DNA of 21,823 nucleotides, taken from contig JAVZLK010000025.1 in NCBI GenBank assembly GCA_038883795.1, positions 1-21,823 of the forward strand, given 5' to 3'. Under the pieces are notes generated by a model that searched no databases, had not been told where the DNA came from, and saw only the letters and a list, made by a program, of their open reading frames with translations. This stretch comes from Candidatus Bathyarchaeia archaeon (GTDB lineage: Archaea; Thermoproteota; Bathyarchaeia; Bathyarchaeales; Bathycorpusculaceae). The translations under genes were made by a program, and so were the position numbers. This document shows positions 18,028-21,823 of this stretch, piece by piece; the first letter of the stretch is position 1, and every line of letters begins with the position of its first letter.

Positions 18028-18720
18028 TCAAAGTGTGCTATCGCTAATAATCTCTGCCATACTTTTAACTAACATTACTGCTGTATCTACTTCACATTGA
18101 TCGACGAGATGGAATATCCCCCGTTCAATATCTACCGCTATAACATTCGCATTCTTAAAATAAGTTTTTGCAGTTTCTCTGCAGAGTTTGCTCCAAAAGT
18201 GGTATAGTTCACAATTTTGTTTTGTTATTGGAATATAAGTCGGATATTCTTTTATAAAATGGAAAAACGTCTTAATCTTGCTCTTTTTAAGTTTAAGCAA
18301 TTTTCTATCGAGTGCTACGTAATTGCAAGGATCTAAAAACATTCTAAGCTTTGATGAAAAAGACATATTAGAAAATTGGGGAAGACTCAATTTCTTTATT
18401 TCTAGGAGACCATCACCCTCAATTTTTGAGAAGAGAGTTGTTGCCTTTCGAATTTGTTCCAAAGTGATTTCATCCAAGAATTTTTGGACTCTACGCCAGC
18501 AATATCCTGCCGTTAAATTCCCCCAATAAACGACGTTAGCTAAACCAAATTTAATTTCTAATGGTTTTTTTGACAATAATTTCTTCCTTAGGTAATTCTC
18601 AAGCTCTCGCATCGTTTCAAACATAATCTCTTGTTTTTGCTCAAAATCGTAAAGTCGAGCTGGATAATTGTAGCCTCTTACCGCTTCATACAGGATCTTA
18701 ATCTGCTCATCCGTTAACAA
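18028..18720 (-). CDS. Hypothetical protein, possibly HhH/OGG-like DNA glycosylase fold
   Basis: VVYWG...LPQFSNMSFSSKLRMFLDP..YVALD...AVDIERGIF resembles OGG-like helix-hairpin-helix families. GAGGG SD before the TTG start. Confidence 0.5.
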   Translation of the reverse strand: MLTDEQIKILYEAVRGYNYPARLYDFEQKQEIMFETMRELENYLRKKLLSKKPLEIKFGLANVVYWGNLTAGYCWRRVQKFLDEITLEQIRKATTLFSKIEGDGLLEIKKLSLPQFSNMSFSSKLRMFLDPCNYVALDRKLLKLKKSKIKTFFHFIKEYPTYIPITKQNCELYHFWSKLCRETAKTYFKNANVIAVDIERGIFHLVDQCEVDTAVMLVKSMAEIISDSTL

Positions 18721-18883
18721 TATGTGCCCTCTCCATATTATTATTTCATTAGTTTCATTATCCTCTAAACTACTACCTTTACACCTTTAGAATTCTCTAC
18801 ATTAGGCTAAAATTTAAAACAAACAAAAACATTTGTAGCTGCAAAAAAGTCGGAGAAAAATGCATCAAACGGTTTAAATGGGA

Positions 18884-18911
18884 TGTTCGGTTAATAACGT
18901 TTAATGGTTGT
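18884..18911 (+). repeat. dif/lox-like site at the backbone/array junction, overlapping the RHH gene stop
   Basis: TGTTCGGTTAA-TAACGT-TTAATGGTTGT. Confidence 0.65.
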
Positions 18912-19400
18912 TTGTTCTTGTTGTTTTGGTGGTGGGTATTTTTGTTTTCTTGTGTTTGTTAGTTTTTCTTGTTTTTCGCATAAGCGTTTAGCTGCTTCTA
19001 AGAAGTCTATGAAGAGGTGGAGTTTTTCTAAGGGTCCGTCGTATGCTGTTAGGAGTTTGGCGACAACCTCATCCATGTTTGCGAGCTTTTCAGTGTCTAA
19101 TCCTTGTTCTACTGCCAGGTTTAACAGTTCGTCTTCTGGATCTTCCTTCCTCATTTGGGCGTGGAGCCTTTCAAACTCGCGGAATAGGCGGCGATATTCC
19201 CTCTTCAAAAACTCGTAGTCTTCAGCCCATTCACCTGCTTCGCCTGCCTCACCAACCCATCTTTTAAGGAATTCTGTTACCACAGCGCTTAGAGAAGTGC
19301 CCCTTGACACACACAGCCTTTTAGCAGCCTCAGCCAAGTCAAGGGGAACCCAAAGATGCAAAGACACGCCCACTTTTCCGGCAAGCCTCTGCCTTGGCAT
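18891..19400 (-). CDS. Ribbon-helix-helix (CopG/Arc-like) DNA-binding protein with a coiled-coil C-terminus
   Basis: VSLHLWVPLDLAEAAKRLCVSRGTSLSAVVTEFLKRWV is a beta-helix-helix RHH pattern. Divergent from the recombinase. Confidence 0.8.
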   Translation of the reverse strand: MPRQRLAGKVGVSLHLWVPLDLAEAAKRLCVSRGTSLSAVVTEFLKRWVGEAGEAGEWAEDYEFLKREYRRLFREFERLHAQMRKEDPEDELLNLAVEQGLDTEKLANMDEVVAKLLTAYDGPLEKLHLFIDFLEAAKRLCEKQEKLTNTRKQKYPPPKQQEQTTIKRY

Positions 19401-19574
19401 AGAGGCATCCCTCTAAAAGAAAAATTGCGCACTTGAACATATGCTAGCCTTGCGCCTATCACTCCATTTATAACTATTATTATTTTAACTCTCTATTGCG
19501 CCGCCACTCAGCTCTTGGCTGGCGTTTTTATGCGCAGAAAACCCCACCCCAGCGTTTTCATGCATGGTAAATCC

Positions 19575-19602
19575 ATTGCTGTTAACACCTCTTAACAGAA
19601 AA
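19575..19602 (+). repeat. dif/lox-like site about 100 bp upstream of the recombinase gene
   Basis: ATTGCTGTTAA-CACCTC-TTAACAGAAAA. Additional half sites TCAACAGAAAA (19619-19629) and GCTTCCATTAA (19678-19688). Confidence 0.8.
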
Positions 19603-19701
19603 GCCCAAAACGCCTAACTCAACAGAAAATTTTCAAAAAGCCTTGAAAAGCGCCATAATATAAGGGTTTGTTGATAGGCTTCCATTAAATTTTTCTTCTG
19701 A

Positions 19702-20616
19702 ATGACATCGCCAGAAGTCGAGGAATTCCTCTTAGCCCTTAAGCCTGGAACACGCCACGTTTACGCTAGGGGCTTAGCCAAATTCCAAGAATTCTTATCT
19801 GGGCAGGGGCTTGATGCGGCTGGTTTCCTTAGGCTTGTCGAAGAAGACTTGCAAAAGCCTAGGCTTGAGAAAACACGGGTAGCCCGCAAAACCCTAAACG
19901 CCTTCATAGGCTATCTGCAGGCTGAAGGCTTTGCCCCCAAATCCATAAACACATATGTTGGAGCCGTCCAGTCCCTCGCAAAATACTACGACATTTCGTT
20001 GGGCATGCGGTATGTTAGCCGACCGCCAGCTACAGCTGTCCACAAAAAGCATCCATGGACCATTGAAGAGATAGCCAAATTCACAGCGTTGATGGAGAAC
20101 ACCCAATACCGTTGTATTGCAGCCTGCATAGTCCAAAGCGGACTAAGCATATCAGACCTTTTAAGCCTAAAATACGCAGACATCCAAAACGAGTTCGAGA
20201 AGGGTATATCGCCCCTCTGCCTGGACCATTCAAGAAAGAAGACCAACATACCCTTCCTAACATTTCTAGGCGGATGGGCTTTATCGCTTCTAAAACAGCA
20301 CTTAGAAGGCAGACGTCTAGAAGAAGATACACCAATATTTACGGTTACGGCAAGGGCTGTTGACAGTTACTTCGCAAGAATTGGCGCAAAATTCGGCGGA
20401 AAATTCAAAGGGCGAAATCCCTACAGCCCCCATTCGTTGCGGGCTGCTTTCCGCACAATCCTAAGCGATCATAAGGTTGACCCGCTTTACATAGAGTTTT
20501 GGATGGGACACAAAGTTCCAGAGCAACAAATTGTTTATGTCAGCAAAAGCCGAGAAGGCTGGAGAGAAGCGTATCGCACTTTGGCGGAGCCTTGGCTTAC
20601 TCCGATGAAGGCTTAA
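19702..20616 (+). CDS. Tyrosine recombinase/integrase (XerC/D-like architecture)
   Basis: N-terminal SAM-like domain (T...Y...L..F; KSINTY..AV.S...Y). RKKT(178-181), HSLR(244-247), MGH(270), Y279. Box I reads SGLS instead of the canonical GxR. Confidence 0.92.
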   Translation: MTSPEVEEFLLALKPGTRHVYARGLAKFQEFLSGQGLDAAGFLRLVEEDLQKPRLEKTRVARKTLNAFIGYLQAEGFAPKSINTYVGAVQSLAKYYDISLGMRYVSRPPATAVHKKHPWTIEEIAKFTALMENTQYRCIAACIVQSGLSISDLLSLKYADIQNEFEKGISPLCLDHSRKKTNIPFLTFLGGWALSLLKQHLEGRRLEEDTPIFTVTARAVDSYFARIGAKFGGKFKGRNPYSPHSLRAAFRTILSDHKVDPLYIEFWMGHKVPEQQIVYVSKSREGWREAYRTLAEPWLTPMKA

Positions 20617-21310
20617 CATTTTTAAGCTTGAATTTTTGAGTGGCTTCTTCGAACCATTCCACAAAATGCAAATCCTCATCCTTGGCGCTTAAAGCTTGAT
20701 TTTGTGAATCCATGTTTAGCTGTAGTTTGTTGAGGGCATGTTTTACTATGGCGTCTGCCCATCCTGTCGGAACTTTTAGGCGAGCAGCTAAAGCAAACGC
20801 AACAATTTTCCTTGCCAAATTGCCCGTGTAAGCGGCGATTTCGTGGTTTCCGCGGAACCCAAGCTTGTCCAGAAGCTGCGATATTCTGGAGAGGATTCTT
20901 CTAAGCTGCGGCGGATCCTCCATTTGGGCCATAATCTTTATTCTACGCGCTCTAAGCCCCAAATCCTCCCCGCCATTAGGCGCCTTAGCCAAAACCCGCA
21001 TCAAACCCTTTCCGCCATTATTTTCCAAAACCGGGTCGCCCAACCCCTTCAAAAAGCAGAGGCTGCTGCCAGGCTGCCAATGACCCTCAAAATGGCCGTT
21101 CAATCCTTCGCATTCGCCTTCTGGGAAAGGAACAGCCCATGAAACGTTTTCATCACTCCAAACCATACCGCATTTCATACATACGACCTCACCATCCGTG
21201 GCGACAATTGAGCCGCCACATTCCAAACACATGCCCAAAGCCAGACATAGCTCTTTAAGCTGCTCAAAAGAAAGCCTGCTACGCAGAAAATCAGCGCTAA
21301 TCAGCAGCAT
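20597..21310 (-). CDS. Divergent, truncated TFB/TFIIB-like protein (Zn ribbon plus probably one cyclin repeat)
   Basis: CLECGGSIVATDGEVVCMKCGMV is a TFIIB Zn ribbon. FLKGLG and LRRILSRISQLLDKLG...IAAYTGNLARK resemble the TFB B-reader and first cyclin helices. SD GGAGTGG before ATG 21310. Confidence 0.6.
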   Translation of the reverse strand: MLLISADFLRSRLSFEQLKELCLALGMCLECGGSIVATDGEVVCMKCGMVWSDENVSWAVPFPEGECEGLNGHFEGHWQPGSSLCFLKGLGDPVLENNGGKGLMRVLAKAPNGGEDLGLRARRIKIMAQMEDPPQLRRILSRISQLLDKLGFRGNHEIAAYTGNLARKIVAFALAARLKVPTGWADAIVKHALNKLQLNMDSQNQALSAKDEDLHFVEWFEEATQKFKLKNVKPSSE

Positions 21311-21394
21311 AAACCACTCCAAAGGAAAAATACCTTCAAAACGAGTCCGAAAACAGAAAAAGAGGGAATTTGCGGGAGAAATCTCCACGCTGTG

Positions 21395-21419
21395 GCGGGT
21401 TCAACTCCCACCCCCGGCT
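21395..21419 (+). tRNA. tRNA 3'-half fragment (T-arm plus acceptor 3' strand); probable att-site relic, possibly tRNA-Cys
   Basis: GCGGG-TTCAACT-CCCAC-CCCCGGC-T followed by a T-tract. No matching GCCGGGG 5' strand upstream, so not an intact tRNA. Confidence 0.65.
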
Positions 21420-21444
21420 TTTTCGCGCCACCCACAGACAGCCG

Positions 21445-21600
21445 CTAATTACGCTTTCTATAAAGGTGAAAATCATCAATAATATCAACGTACTCGAATC
21501 CAGCCTCTATCAGCTGCTTTGCCTCCTCAAAGGTCTTAGCAACCTTACAAATCCACTCGTCTTCCTTGAAGTCTGTAAGCTGTGTATAGACCCCATACAT
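21445..21600 (-). pseudogene. C-terminal remnant of a second tyrosine integrase
   Basis: Not in the ORF track. VYTQLTDFKEDEWICKVAKTFEEAKQLIEAGFEYVDIIDDFHLYRKRN* resembles the tail after the catalytic Tyr in archaeal (Bathyarchaeia-type) integrases, recognised from recall. It points at the tRNA fragment. Confidence 0.65.
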
Positions 21601-21823
21601 TCCCAAGAATCGACACACCCTTTAGATGCTTCGATGCCTCAGAGAGATCGAAGAACCATTTTCGGTCAATTTGTCTAAACGCCGCCTCCAGTCTCCGAAC
21701 AATATCTGCATAAGATGGATTAAAAGGCAATCCGCGCAAATCCAAAATAGCAAAAGGGTAACCACACTCAACTAGCGCAACATTGACAAAAGATGTCTTT
21801 CCAGTTCGACGCAGACCAGTGAC
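21545..21823 (-). pseudogene. N-terminal fragment of an archaeal ATPase (ATPase_2/AAA type), truncated before Walker B
   Basis: Open from the window edge: VTGLRRTGKTSFVNVAL...LDLRG. Walker A is present, but the frame ends ~85 aa later, inside the integrase remnant. Confidence 0.75.

Larger units (their letters stand above)
6827..21419. mobile_element. Integrative element / island: tyrosine-recombinase backbone plus site-punctuated cassette array (left boundary approximate)
   Basis: Tyrosine recombinase, RHH regulator, tRNA 3'-half at the right end, ~10 recurring 11-6-11 sites, and AT-rich unrelated accessory genes. Confidence 0.7.

Noticed and set aside
7130-19602. CRISPR array or classical integron attC interpretation of the recurring motif
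   Set aside because: Copies are 0.7-3 kb apart and separated by whole genes, and there are no cas genes. The sites are only 28 bp, lack attC R/L box hairpin structure, and no IntI-specific insertion is evident in the recombinase.
21330-21419. Intact tRNA gene
   Set aside because: No 5' acceptor strand, D-arm or anticodon arm can be folded upstream; only the 3' fragment is reported.
454-21678. Numerous 60-140 aa ORFs antisense to or nested in the called genes (e.g. 454-726, 8768-9082, 9969-10385, 10989-11381, 14723-15097, 18904-19218, 21370-21678)
   Set aside because: Shadow ORFs of better-supported genes, with no motifs of their own.

Overview
Archaeal DNA; the gene families and SD/TATA signals are most consistent with Bathyarchaeia/TACK (inference). 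The left ~6.8 kb is chromosomal-type: end of a V4R gene, a TackOD1 Zn-binding protein, a cell-surface protein, a PEF-CTERM subtilase, a stand-alone Lrp/AsnC domain, and two frameshifted genes (wHTH-DUF5752 and nadX). From ~6.8 to ~18.9 kb lies an AT-rich array of unrelated small genes in both orientations, many nuclease/defence-like (GIY-YIG, HEPN, HsdR-N, several PD-(D/E)XK, a glycosylase-like protein), plus an unannotated RNA polymerase subunit P (Rpo12) gene. A recurring 28-bp dif/lox-like site (11-bp arm, 6-bp spacer, 11-bp inverted arm; consensus about NNTTCTGTTAR-N6-YTAAYRGAANN) punctuates the array, with two alternating spacer classes, CG(A/G)TGA and GA(G/A)ACA. The array abuts a backbone of an RHH regulator, a tyrosine recombinase and a truncated TFB-like gene, which ends at a tRNA 3'-half and the remnant of a second integrase. 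Best interpretation (inference): an integron-like archaeal gene-cassette system that uses symmetric double-stranded recombinase sites rather than attC hairpins. A diverged copy of one cassette, with its site, sits 5.7 kb outside the array.
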